Positions 38,523 to 47,974 of a stretch of 64,000 nucleotides of DNA are shown here, piece after piece. A program made the translations under genes and the position numbers. The stretch's first letter is position 1. Each line of letters opens with the position of its first letter. The notes below the pieces were generated by a model. The model did no database searches, had not been told where the DNA came from, and saw only the letters and a list, made by a program, of their open reading frames with translations. This DNA comes from a virus, in IMG/VR virus record IMGVR_UViG_3300021962_000026; one strand, given 5' to 3'.

Positions 38523-38617
38523 CGTGAGGTTAAAAAAAATTAAAATAAGTTATAATTGCCCTTAAAAAAGATGTTAAATAACTTACCTTTGGAATAAAAG
38601 GGCAAGGAGTAAAAATT

Positions 38618-38800
38618 ATGAATAAAAGAGATGTAGTGGAATTAGAAAGCGCATTTCTAGAATTTTGTAAGACAGCTCAACGACTCGGATATAAGTTCTC
38701 CCACGGAAGTACACTAGAAGTACATCATGAAAGTGAATCCCCACACAACTTAATGGGTAGAGTAAAACTTGACGCTAATGATTTTCTTAAAGAAGATTAA
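38618..38800 (+). CDS. hypothetical protein (60 aa)
   Basis: AAGGAG SD at 38604-38609; TTAAATA late-promoter-like motif at 38574-38580. Confidence 0.6.
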   Translation: MNKRDVVELESAFLEFCKTAQRLGYKFSHGSTLEVHHESESPHNLMGRVKLDANDFLKED

Positions 38801-39015
38801 ATAAAACTTACGCCAGTTTTTTTGGTCGATTCCAGGTTTTGCTCAACAATATCTTTAATCAGTTTATAGTTAGATTGATCCATAGCCATAGCTTCATTGT
38901 ATGTAATGCCACCACGCATCCACCAGCAGTATTCTAGTACTCGCTTTTTGATGTTACTGGCCTCTTGATCCATACTTTCTAAGAACTTGACGATGTCCTG
39001 GATTCCCATGCTCAA
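38797..39015 (-). CDS. baseplate hub/tail assembly chaperone (gp51-like), possibly made as a frameshift extension of gp26
   Basis: 72 aa directly after gp26-like gene; WWMRGGITYNEAMAM; no SD; in the -1 frame of gp26. Confidence 0.55.
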   Translation of the reverse strand: MSMGIQDIVKFLESMDQEASNIKKRVLEYCWWMRGGITYNEAMAMDQSNYKLIKDIVEQNLESTKKTGVSFI

Positions 39016-39869
39016 GAGGCTGATTCGAAAAAATTTGCGTGATCAAATGTAAATGACTGTGAATAAGCATGCTGGCAATCAGGACATGTAGTCTTGATTT
39101 CCTTTTCAGGCACTACTTCCTGTGTACTAGTGTAATGCTTCTTAACTTTGTTAAAAATTCTAGCGTCAGCATTTTGTAAAAAGTCTGTGATTTGCTGCTG
39201 ATCTGTTACCTGTATATCGCCTGCTTTTACATATTCAACAGCATTTAATACATTTGCTAGATTCATTTTAGTTAGTTTTTCGTATATTTCGTTAAATTTT
39301 TGCTGTCTAACTTCAGATGACAATGTTTCATCAAGTATAACATTTGCTAACCTCTGGTTCTCAAAAGTTTCAATGCTCGTATTATTGAGAGTATAGTAGT
39401 TAATAGGCTTTAGTTTAAACTGTAAATCATCATGTTGGATTAGCTGCTCGTATAGATCCATCTTTACTGGCATATCTAAAAAGCCTCTAAGATCTATACC
39501 ATACTCGTTAAATTCATTACACTGTGGACAAGTACTACTATACTGCATTGACTCACCATAAGTTGCTACTCTAATAGCAATCAAACATGTATCTAGATCA
39601 ACAACTGGCATTAACCATGCGTTTTTGATGTTAGGAATACAACTCTGTATTACATTAACAACTGCTTGACCGTTAAGTAATGCATCAGGATTTTGTAAAC
39701 TTAGCTCGTCGTAGCTGTTCATAGCAAGCACTGGTAGCTCACCGTTAATAGGCATCTCTAGCGCACCTGGGCCGTAATACTTCCCATTGCTGGGTAATTT
39801 GATGTAAATCTGAGGTGACCTTACATATTTTAGCAGAGGGTTTACAGATTGAAAAGTTGAGTTTTCCAC
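39012..39869 (-). CDS. baseplate hub assembly protein (T4 gp26-like)
   Basis: NPL.KYVRSPQIYIKLPSNG, DEL.L.NPDALLNG, LIAIRVATYGE, two CxxC pairs, NFF C-terminus; GTG start at 39869 after GGAG. Confidence 0.8.
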   Translation of the reverse strand: MENSTFQSVNPLLKYVRSPQIYIKLPSNGKYYGPGALEMPINGELPVLAMNSYDELSLQNPDALLNGQAVVNVIQSCIPNIKNAWLMPVVDLDTCLIAIRVATYGESMQYSSTCPQCNEFNEYGIDLRGFLDMPVKMDLYEQLIQHDDLQFKLKPINYYTLNNTSIETFENQRLANVILDETLSSEVRQQKFNEIYEKLTKMNLANVLNAVEYVKAGDIQVTDQQQITDFLQNADARIFNKVKKHYTSTQEVVPEKEIKTTCPDCQHAYSQSFTFDHANFFESAS

Positions 39870-39948
39870 TAGAATACTCCTAATAAATAACAATGTATAA
39901 ATGTGGCATAGTGTATTTATGTACGCATATAATTGGTGATTTTTTTAT

Positions 39949-42165
39949 ATGGCTGTAACCGTAGACATTCCTGGCATAGGCCCTATCATTGCTTCTAATG
40001 CTGCTGAAAACAGTACATTGCAGGCTCTTCTAGAAGCCACTAACCGAGTGGCCCAGCGTCTAGGCGCACAACGAGTAGAGCTTAGTAATTTTCAAAGAGC
40101 TGCAGACGCAGCTACTGGCGAAATTGGCGGGTTAGGCGCTGCCGCAGCAGGTGCTGCTTCCTCTACAGAACGTCTCGCTGTTAAACAACAACAGGCTATA
40201 GTAGGTTTCCAACGTAGTTTGCGTAGTGCAGGCGCTAGCTTTAAAGGCATATTTTCAAGCGGTGGTGATTTTGCTAGTGGTATAGAAAAAGGTATGAGCA
40301 CCCTAGGAAAACTAGGAGATGTAGCAGGCGGTGCAATAACTGCAGGATTAACTGCAAGATTTGGCGGAGCTGGGTTAGCAGCAGGCAAAGCATTACAGTA
40401 TTTAGGTGCCGCTGCTGGCGGTGTTGCAGGCCTATTTGTTGGCGAAATCACCAAAATGGTCAGGGGTTTCGAAGATCTTATTAACAGCGGCGGAAGTTTT
40501 GGCTATAGTATGAACGCTTTTGCAGATGCCGCGGCGGAAAGCGGGCTCAGTGCAGCACAATTTGGTAGGGTAATGAAGGAGGCTGCACCTAGTTTAGCGA
40601 TTTTTGGCGGGAACACTAGAGAAGGCGGTAGACAACTTGTTAGATTTATGGGTAATCTCCGCGGAGAAAATATTGCTCTAAGCAAGAGCATGCGACTAAT
40701 GGGCGTAGCCTATGATGCTCAAGGAATAATGCTTGCTGATTATACTGCTAACCTTGCAAAATCAGGGGTTGCTATCAGCAATGTAAACACAGATGATGTA
40801 GTAAAAGGATTTTTTGAACTAACAAAGCAGCAGAGACAATTTGCTCAGTATAACGGTATTACACTAGATCAGCAGCGTGAACTACAAAAACAAGCAAGAG
40901 AAAATGTGAGCGTAGAGGCAGTTATACAGAGTCAAGGTCTTATAGGCAAAGCAGCAGAAGAATTTAGAGCCAAGTATGCTCAAATAACCCAACAATATGG
41001 CGACTCAGCAGGACAACTGTTCTTGCAACAAAAAGAATTTGGTGGTGCTGTAACAGAGACTGCCGCTGCTGTAGAAATGATGAATCCGCAGTTAGCCAAT
41101 ATGACTAAAGCTGCTGGTGCTACCGGAGCGGATCTAGCAACAATGCAGAGAACAATGCTAGATCCTGAAACTCAGCGCAATGCCATGAGAGAAATGGGAC
41201 AACTTGCAGTCCTTGGTGTTGCAGGTGTAAATGATAGCCTTGTTACCTCTGCTGGTGAAATGATGATGAAATTACGTGACGATTTGCCCAAGCAAATTGG
41301 TGATGTAATGACTAAAATTGCTACTGATATGGGCAAGATGATCCAGGATGTTGCAACAAATACAACTGCAAATATAGGTTCAATGTCTGATATGTTTGTT
41401 AGAACTACTAGCGCAGTTCAAGACTTTAGAAATGCCCTTACTAGTGCTACAGCATATGTTATGGATTCAGGAGCTTTCCAGGGTGCTATAGGAACTATTG
41501 TTGACGGCACAGAATGGTTAGCAAATCTATTAGCGGGAAGAAAAAAATTAGAAATCCCGCAATCCTTATACAACGAAAATTACATACAACAACAAGCAGA
41601 GCAAGCAAGTAAACCTCCTAGCCCAACGAATCCACAAGCAGCATACTTACAAGGTTGGGGTGAGGAAGTAAAAAATCATCTTAAAGATATTAAAGATAAT
41701 CAAACTAAAGGATTTAGGCTTACTCCGCGTCCCACAACAGGAGAGCAAATTAAAAGAGAGTTTGAAACAAATCCATATTTGAAAGGATACGGCAAGCCAG
41801 ATGATAGCGATAAAATGCTTAGGCCTGAGGATCGATCTAAAACTTTCCCAATTTCTCCTCAACCAAGATTAGATTCAAATACAATTGGAAATCTAAGTCA
41901 AATTTTGAATCAGAATCAAATAGACGGGTTCGAAGAAGCTGGTAAAGATCGTATTACTCCCCAGTTCGCTAAAATGATGGATGAGTTTAACCAAAAACAG
42001 CGAGCTGCTGATGAAAAACAAAAAGAACTAATAGCTGCCACAAACAAAACTGGCGAATCAATAAATCAAAGTAATCAGCAAATGGCAAATTTAAGTAATA
42101 TCCTTAGAGAAGGTTTAAGGTCAATGAATTCTACGCTAGAGGGCATTGAAACTAATACGGCATAA
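39949..42165 (+). CDS. tape measure protein (putative)
   Basis: 738 aa, Ala/Gly/Gln/Met-rich and predicted helical; adjacent to gp26/gp51 and portal. Confidence 0.65.
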   Translation: MAVTVDIPGIGPIIASNAAENSTLQALLEATNRVAQRLGAQRVELSNFQRAADAATGEIGGLGAAAAGAASSTERLAVKQQQAIVGFQRSLRSAGASFKGIFSSGGDFASGIEKGMSTLGKLGDVAGGAITAGLTARFGGAGLAAGKALQYLGAAAGGVAGLFVGEITKMVRGFEDLINSGGSFGYSMNAFADAAAESGLSAAQFGRVMKEAAPSLAIFGGNTREGGRQLVRFMGNLRGENIALSKSMRLMGVAYDAQGIMLADYTANLAKSGVAISNVNTDDVVKGFFELTKQQRQFAQYNGITLDQQRELQKQARENVSVEAVIQSQGLIGKAAEEFRAKYAQITQQYGDSAGQLFLQQKEFGGAVTETAAAVEMMNPQLANMTKAAGATGADLATMQRTMLDPETQRNAMREMGQLAVLGVAGVNDSLVTSAGEMMMKLRDDLPKQIGDVMTKIATDMGKMIQDVATNTTANIGSMSDMFVRTTSAVQDFRNALTSATAYVMDSGAFQGAIGTIVDGTEWLANLLAGRKKLEIPQSLYNENYIQQQAEQASKPPSPTNPQAAYLQGWGEEVKNHLKDIKDNQTKGFRLTPRPTTGEQIKREFETNPYLKGYGKPDDSDKMLRPEDRSKTFPISPQPRLDSNTIGNLSQILNQNQIDGFEEAGKDRITPQFAKMMDEFNQKQRAADEKQKELIAATNKTGESINQSNQQMANLSNILREGLRSMNSTLEGIETNTA

Positions 42166-42166
42166 T

Positions 42167-42195
42167 TTGCGTAAATAGTATAAAGGTGCTATAAT
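42167..42195 (+). promoter_or_regulatory. dual promoter upstream of portal: sigma70 extended -10 plus late TAAATA
   Basis: TTGCGT-N17-TATAAT preceded by TGc; GTAAATA at 42171-77; ATG 5 nt after the -10. Confidence 0.5.
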
Positions 42196-42200
42196 ATATT

Positions 42201-43934
42201 ATGAGTTGGAAAAAATATTTCAAGACTGTTAATGCTAGTCCGCTAACCAATGCTGGTGGTGGCACTGGATCTGATTTAAAATACAGTCATTATGCAAGCC
42301 ATTTGCCAGAAGTTTATGTTGGTCATGCAAACCGCATTACACGATATGCTCAGTATGAAAACATGGATGTGGACAGTGAAGTTAATGCTGCACTGGACAT
42401 TCTAGCAGAGTTTTGCACACAAACTAATGTAGAAAACGGCACCGTTTTTGATATTCACTTTCATGAAGATCCAAGCGAGAGTGAAATAGACACCCTTAGA
42501 AAGCAACTTGTTAACTGGAATAACCTAAACGAGTTTGATAAAAGAGCATTTAAGATCTTCCGCAATGTGTTAAAGTACGGCGATCAGGTGTTTATTAGAG
42601 ACCCAGAAACCTTCGAATGGTTCTGGGTAGACATGACAAAAGTTACTAAAGTTATCGTTAATGAAAGCGAAGGCAAAAAGCCAGAGCAGTATGTTCTTAA
42701 AGACATTAACCCTAACTTCCAAAACCTTACAGCAACACAACTTAATTATAGTGATGATTTCCACAGATCCGGAGATCATAAACAGAATGGTTACATTCAG
42801 CCTAGCAACATTTATACTAGCCAGAGCAGTAGCCAAGGTAGATTCGACCGTAGTGTAAACGAAACTGCTGTAGATGCAGACCATATGGTGCATTGCAGTC
42901 TTACAGAAGGGTTGGATGCTAACTGGCCTTTTGGTAACAGTATACTTGAAAATATTTTTAAAGTTTACAAGCAAAAAGAATTGCTTGAAGATGCTATCAT
43001 CATTTACCGCATTCAACGTGCGCCAGAGCGCAGAGTATTTTATGTAGACGTTGGTAACATGCCAGCGCACATGGCTATGGCGTTTGTTGAGCGTGTTAAA
43101 AACGAAATTCATCAGCGTCGTATCCCCAGTCAAACTGGCGGCGGCTCTAACATTATGGATACTACATACAATCCATTAAGCATCAACGAAGACTACTTCT
43201 TTCCACAAACAGCAGAAGGTCGTGGTAGTAAAGTTGAAACATTGCCAGGTGGTACTAACCTAGGCGAAATTGATGACCTCAAGTACTTTACAAACAAACT
43301 ATTCCGTGGTTTAAGAATACCCAGTAGTTATTTGCCAACTGGTCCTGATGAATCACCAGGCGCATATGTTGATGGCAGAGTGGGTACTGCACTTATTCAA
43401 GAGTATCGTTTTAACGAATATTGTAAAAGACTACAGCGTTTAATTAGTGAAACTTTTGACCGCGAGTTCAAAATGTTCCTTAAATGGAGAGGTTTTGAAT
43501 TAGACAATAGTAGTTTTGAATTGCGTTTTAACGAGCCACAAAACTTCAGCAAGTATCGTGAAGTTGAAATGGATGGTGCTAGAATTAATACATTTACTAG
43601 CCTTGAAGGTTATCCATATTTGAGTAAGCGATTCCTAATGCAACGCTTCTTAGGCTTAACTGAAGAAGAACTAGCAGAGAACAGAAAACTCTGGAGAGAA
43701 GAGAACCTAGACGATGCTGAGGCAGAATTGCCAAACATGCGTAGTGTTGGTATTACTCCAGGCGGTATAGAAACTGATCTAGAAAACTTTACACCACCAG
43801 ATATAGAAGCGGAAGGTGGAGAAGATGAAGCGGGCACAGAAGATCTCGGAGCTAGTGCACCTGGCCAGCCTACTGGCGCACCACAGAGTCCTATTCCTGG
43901 TACACCGCCGCCTACAGAAGTCCCAAGTACATAA
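42201..43934 (+). CDS. portal protein (T4 gp20-like)
   Basis: LLEDAIIIYRIQRAPERRVFYVDVGNMP, EDYFFP..EGRGSKVETLPGG.NLGEIDD..YF. Confidence 0.95.
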   Translation: MSWKKYFKTVNASPLTNAGGGTGSDLKYSHYASHLPEVYVGHANRITRYAQYENMDVDSEVNAALDILAEFCTQTNVENGTVFDIHFHEDPSESEIDTLRKQLVNWNNLNEFDKRAFKIFRNVLKYGDQVFIRDPETFEWFWVDMTKVTKVIVNESEGKKPEQYVLKDINPNFQNLTATQLNYSDDFHRSGDHKQNGYIQPSNIYTSQSSSQGRFDRSVNETAVDADHMVHCSLTEGLDANWPFGNSILENIFKVYKQKELLEDAIIIYRIQRAPERRVFYVDVGNMPAHMAMAFVERVKNEIHQRRIPSQTGGGSNIMDTTYNPLSINEDYFFPQTAEGRGSKVETLPGGTNLGEIDDLKYFTNKLFRGLRIPSSYLPTGPDESPGAYVDGRVGTALIQEYRFNEYCKRLQRLISETFDREFKMFLKWRGFELDNSSFELRFNEPQNFSKYREVEMDGARINTFTSLEGYPYLSKRFLMQRFLGLTEEELAENRKLWREENLDDAEAELPNMRSVGITPGGIETDLENFTPPDIEAEGGEDEAGTEDLGASAPGQPTGAPQSPIPGTPPPTEVPST

Positions 43935-43952
43935 ATATATTTGGAGACAGCA

Positions 43953-44183
43953 ATGTACGTTAAAGATTTTATTAAAGAAAATACTGCTAAAAATGAAGAT
44001 AAACTTCATGACCAGAGCAATGATTCTAGCAAAGCTGAACTAACAGATACTAGAAAAACTAGACTTACACTAGAACAAATTAATCGTTTGCGTGTGCTTA
44101 ACGACGTAAAAATTGCTGAATACCAGGAAAATATTAGAAAAATTAAGCAACAATTTGCTGTTCCTGTTGAACAACCGCAATAA
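43953..44183 (+). CDS. small head-assembly protein (gp68-like position)
   Basis: GGAG SD then ATG 43953; RKTRLTLEQINRLR; CATAAATA late motif at 43930-37. Confidence 0.6.
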   Translation: MYVKDFIKENTAKNEDKLHDQSNDSSKAELTDTRKTRLTLEQINRLRVLNDVKIAEYQENIRKIKQQFAVPVEQPQ

Positions 44184-44219
44184 TCTCCTTTTTTGGCTCA
44201 AAAAACGCACTTAATCATA

Positions 44220-44227
44220 TATAAATA
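44220..44227 (+). promoter_or_regulatory. T4-type late promoter TATAAATA
   Basis: Exact T4 late consensus upstream of the core/protease/scaffold/capsid genes. Confidence 0.75.
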
Positions 44228-44279
44228 AAGTGCATAGTTAAATAAAATAAATGCCTTACAAATAAAGGAGCCATATCCT

Positions 44280-44957
44280 ATGAGCGATAAATTTAATGAA
44301 TTGATCGAGCTTATCATTTCTGAAGAAACTGATAAAGCAAAAGATCTTTTCCACGAAATTGTTGTGGAAAAAAGCCGTGAAATTTACGAATCTCTCGACG
44401 AAGAAGAAGTAGTCGATGAGGCGGAAGAAGAAGAAGTTTCCGAAGAAGAAGAAATTGACGAGAGTGATTTTGATGAAGCAGAGCTAGGTGGCGATGCTGC
44501 TGATGACATGATCGACGACATCGAAGCAGACGAAGAAGGTCTTGCTATCGAAGGTGAAGAAGAAGAGGAAGAGCTCGAAGATCGTGTTGTTGATCTCGAA
44601 GACGCTCTTGACGAACTCAAAGCAGAATTTGAAAGAATTATGGCTGGTGACGATGATGAACCAGAAATGGACATGGGCGACGAAGAAGAAGAGTCAGACA
44701 TGGACATGGATGATGAAGCTGAAGAAGAAGACGAAATGTCTGAAGAAATGGTACGTGAGTACAAGGAAAAAGCTCCAGCACCAGTCACAAGCGAACAGGG
44801 CAACGGCGCAAGCGGCCCAGTTGCTAAGAAAAACGATATGGGCGGTTCCGCAAAAAACATTGCACAAGGTGGCGATGAAAAAGGCGGCTCAGCTCCTAAA
44901 GTCACAACTCAAACAGATGCAGCCAATCCAAAAGGCGCAACTATGAAAAAGGCTTAA
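44280..44957 (+). CDS. acidic prohead core protein (gp67-like)
   Basis: Extremely Glu/Asp-rich; between portal and protease; AAAGGAG SD. Confidence 0.65.
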   Translation: MSDKFNELIELIISEETDKAKDLFHEIVVEKSREIYESLDEEEVVDEAEEEEVSEEEEIDESDFDEAELGGDAADDMIDDIEADEEGLAIEGEEEEEELEDRVVDLEDALDELKAEFERIMAGDDDEPEMDMGDEEEESDMDMDDEAEEEDEMSEEMVREYKEKAPAPVTSEQGNGASGPVAKKNDMGGSAKNIAQGGDEKGGSAPKVTTQTDAANPKGATMKKA

Positions 44958-44971
44958 GGTAGGGAGATTAT

Positions 44972-45595
44972 ATGAACTACCTCAGAGAACACCTTACTTT
45001 TGATCAAGCTCGTGTAGTAACAGAATCTGCGAACGATGGTAAGGATCTCTACATGAAAGGCATTTGTATTCAGGGCGGGGTTAAAAACGCAAATCAGCGT
45101 GTTTACCCCGTTAATGAAATTTCTAATGCCGTTAAGCAGCTCAATGATCAAATTACATCAGGCAATAGTGTGCTTGGTGAAGTAGATCATCCAGACGATT
45201 TAAAGATTAACTTGGATCGCGTCAGCCATATGATTACAGAAATGTGGATGGACGGCCCTAACGGCTATGGAAAACTAAAGATACTACCTACTCCAATGGG
45301 TCAACTAGTAAGAACCATGTTGGAAAGCGGAGTAAAGTTGGGTGTTAGCAGTAGGGGCAGCGGTAATGTTGCCGAGTCTACTGGTAATGTATCTGACTTC
45401 GAAATTGTCACAGTTGACGTTGTGGCACAACCCAGTGCACCAAATGCATATCCTAAAGCCATCTATGAAGGCTTACTTAATATGCGTAATGGGCACAATG
45501 TCCTTGAGATTGCCAGAGAAGCAAATGGCAATGCTAAAGTACAAAAATACTTGAAAGACGAAATGGTTCGTCTTATCAAGGACCTAAAGATCTAG
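44972..45595 (+). CDS. prohead protease (T4 gp21-like)
   Basis: NANQRVYP, LGEVDHP, LGVSSRGSG and DVVAQPSAPNAYP motifs. Confidence 0.93.
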   Translation: MNYLREHLTFDQARVVTESANDGKDLYMKGICIQGGVKNANQRVYPVNEISNAVKQLNDQITSGNSVLGEVDHPDDLKINLDRVSHMITEMWMDGPNGYGKLKILPTPMGQLVRTMLESGVKLGVSSRGSGNVAESTGNVSDFEIVTVDVVAQPSAPNAYPKAIYEGLLNMRNGHNVLEIAREANGNAKVQKYLKDEMVRLIKDLKI

Positions 45596-45604
45596 GAGAC
45601 GAAG

Positions 45605-46705
45605 ATGCTAGATGCTATCAAACCATTATTAGATAGCGACCTGGTCAACGAAGAGACCCGCAGCCAAATTGAAGAGGCGTGGCAATCCAAGTTGGTGGAA
45701 ACCAAAGAGCAGGTCAGAGCAGAGCTCCGTGAGGAATTCGCTCAACGCTATGAGCACGATAAGAGTGTAATGGTTGAAGCCTTAGATCGTATGGTAACTG
45801 AAAACCTAACAAGTGAACTAGAACTTATTCAGGAAGAAAAGAAGCGTCTTGCAGAAGACCGTGCTAAGTTTGTAGCACGTATGAAAGACACAACTGGCAA
45901 TTTTGATAAGTTTTTAGTAAGTCAACTTGCAGAAGAAATCCAAGAATTTCAGGCAGACAGAGCACAGCAAGCAGAACATGTAGCAAAGATAGAAGCCTTT
46001 ATTACAGAAGCTCTTGCTAAGGAAATTATTGAGTTCCAGGAAGATCGTCAAGATGTTGTTGAAACCAAAGTTCGTCTTGTAAAAGAAGCTCGTAGCAAGT
46101 TTAACGAAATGAAATCAAAGTTTATTGAAAACAGCAGTAAACTTGTTAAGGAAGCAGTTGCTAATAATCTAAATGCTGAGATCAATCAATTACGTGAAGA
46201 CATCGAAGCAGCCAAAGCCAATAACTTTGGTCGCAAGATTTTCGAAGCATTTGCTAGTGAATTTAGTGCAAGTTATCTAAATGAAAATCAAGAAATTAAA
46301 GATCTAAAACGTTCATTACAAGAAGCAGATCAAGCACTAACTGAAGCAAAAGCTGCAATCGCAGAGAAATCACACATTATTGAGAGCAAAGAAAGTGAAA
46401 TCACAGCCATTAACGAAGCTGCCCAGCGCAAGGAAGTTATGGCAGAACTCATGAAGCCACTCAATAAAGAAAAAGGCGCAGTAATGCGTGACCTTCTAGA
46501 AAGCGTTCAGACAAGCAAGCTCAAAGCTGCTTATGATCGTTATCTTCCAGTAGTATTAGACGGAAAAGCACCAAGAGCTGAAAAGACAATGGTTGCTGAA
46601 AGCCGTGTAGCTAGAACTGGAGACAAAGAAGTTAAAACACCACAACCTGTAGAAGTTGACACAAGTAACATTGTAGAACTTCGCAAGTTGGCAGGCTTAA
46701 AGTAA
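45605..46705 (+). CDS. prohead scaffolding protein (T4 gp22-like)
   Basis: Glu/Lys-rich coiled coil between protease and capsid genes. Confidence 0.85.
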   Translation: MLDAIKPLLDSDLVNEETRSQIEEAWQSKLVETKEQVRAELREEFAQRYEHDKSVMVEALDRMVTENLTSELELIQEEKKRLAEDRAKFVARMKDTTGNFDKFLVSQLAEEIQEFQADRAQQAEHVAKIEAFITEALAKEIIEFQEDRQDVVETKVRLVKEARSKFNEMKSKFIENSSKLVKEAVANNLNAEINQLREDIEAAKANNFGRKIFEAFASEFSASYLNENQEIKDLKRSLQEADQALTEAKAAIAEKSHIIESKESEITAINEAAQRKEVMAELMKPLNKEKGAVMRDLLESVQTSKLKAAYDRYLPVVLDGKAPRAEKTMVAESRVARTGDKEVKTPQPVEVDTSNIVELRKLAGLK

Positions 46706-46727
46706 AGTACTAGAGGAGACAAAAACA

Positions 46728-47924
46728 ATGTCAGACGTACTATTAGAAAGCCGTTGGGGCGAAACAAAAGATGCTCTTCTAGAGGGTCTACAAGGCAATC
46801 GCCGCAGCAGCATGGCAGTTATTCTAGAGAACACAAAGAAGTATCTCTCAGAAGCTGCATCAACAGGCGCAACCGCAAGTGGTAACGTAGCCACACTCAA
46901 CAGAGTTATCTTACCAGTTATCCGCCGCGTTATGCCAACAGTTATCGCCAACGAAATCGTTGGTGTTCAACCAATGCAGGGCCCAGTTGGCCAGATTCAC
47001 ACACTACGTGTTCGTTATGCAGAATCAATCACTTCAACAGCAAGTGGTGACCTCGGCACAGACACAGTAGCAGGTGATGAAGCTCTTAGCCCATTCAAAA
47101 TTGCTACAGCATATTCAGGCACAACTTCATCAACATCAAGCACAGGTCGTGCAGGTGCAACAGCGGCTATGGAAGGTGACGGCGGTAGCCAGATCAGCAT
47201 CCAGATCCTCAAGCAGCCAGTCGAAGCTAAAACACGTAAGTTACAAGCTCGCTGGACATTTGAGGCAGCTCAAGACGCACAGAGCATGCATGGTATTGAT
47301 GTTGAAGCAGAAATTATGGCTGCTCTAGCACAAGAAATTACCGCTGAAATTGACCAAGAAGTTCTTGCTTCACTCCGCAGCCTTGCTGCAACTGAAGAAA
47401 CCTTCAACCAGGCAGCAGTAAGTGGTACAGCTACCTACGTTGGTGACGAGCATGCAGCTCTTGCAGTTCTTATCAACCGTACAGCAAACAAGATTGCTCA
47501 GCGCACACGTCGTGGTGCAGGTAACTGGGCAGTTGTTAGCCAGGAAGCACTAACAGTTCTACAGAGCGCAAGCACAAGTGCATTTGCTCGTACAACAGAA
47601 GGTACTTTCGAAGCACCAACAAACACCAAATTTGTCGGTACACTTAACGGTGCAATGCGTGTTTATGTTGACGGTTATGCCGGCGACAGCAAAGCAGTAC
47701 TCGTTGGTTACAAGGGTTCAAGTGAAACAGACGCAGCAGCATTCTACTGCCCATATGTTCCGCTAATGAGCTCAGGTACAGTACTTGACCCAAGCACATT
47801 TGAGCCAGTTGTTAGCTTTATGACACGCTACGGTTATGTAGAGCTATCAAACACCGCAAGTTCACTCGGTAATGCCGGTGACTATGTAGGTGAAGTTGCA
47901 ATGCAAAACATTAGCTTCAGCTAA
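46728..47924 (+). CDS. major capsid protein (T4 gp23-like)
   Basis: LPVIRRVMP..IANEIVGVQPM.GP, TRKLQARWTFEAAQD, FYCPYVPL, F.P...FMTRYG. Confidence 0.96.
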   Translation: MSDVLLESRWGETKDALLEGLQGNRRSSMAVILENTKKYLSEAASTGATASGNVATLNRVILPVIRRVMPTVIANEIVGVQPMQGPVGQIHTLRVRYAESITSTASGDLGTDTVAGDEALSPFKIATAYSGTTSSTSSTGRAGATAAMEGDGGSQISIQILKQPVEAKTRKLQARWTFEAAQDAQSMHGIDVEAEIMAALAQEITAEIDQEVLASLRSLAATEETFNQAAVSGTATYVGDEHAALAVLINRTANKIAQRTRRGAGNWAVVSQEALTVLQSASTSAFARTTEGTFEAPTNTKFVGTLNGAMRVYVDGYAGDSKAVLVGYKGSSETDAAAFYCPYVPLMSSGTVLDPSTFEPVVSFMTRYGYVELSNTASSLGNAGDYVGEVAMQNISFS

Positions 47925-47944
47925 TAACTAACTCATAAGTTGAG

Positions 47945-47974
47945 AAAGGGAGGCTTTATGCCTCCCTTTTTTTT
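47945..47974 (+). terminator. intrinsic terminator after capsid gene (likely bidirectional)
   Basis: AAAGGGAGGC-TTTAT-GCCTCCCTTT followed by T-run; between convergent genes. Confidence 0.9.

Noticed and set aside
44384-44946. Overlapping Ser-rich (minus) and Lys-rich (plus) ORFs
   Set aside because: Alternative frames of the GAA/GAC-rich acidic core gene
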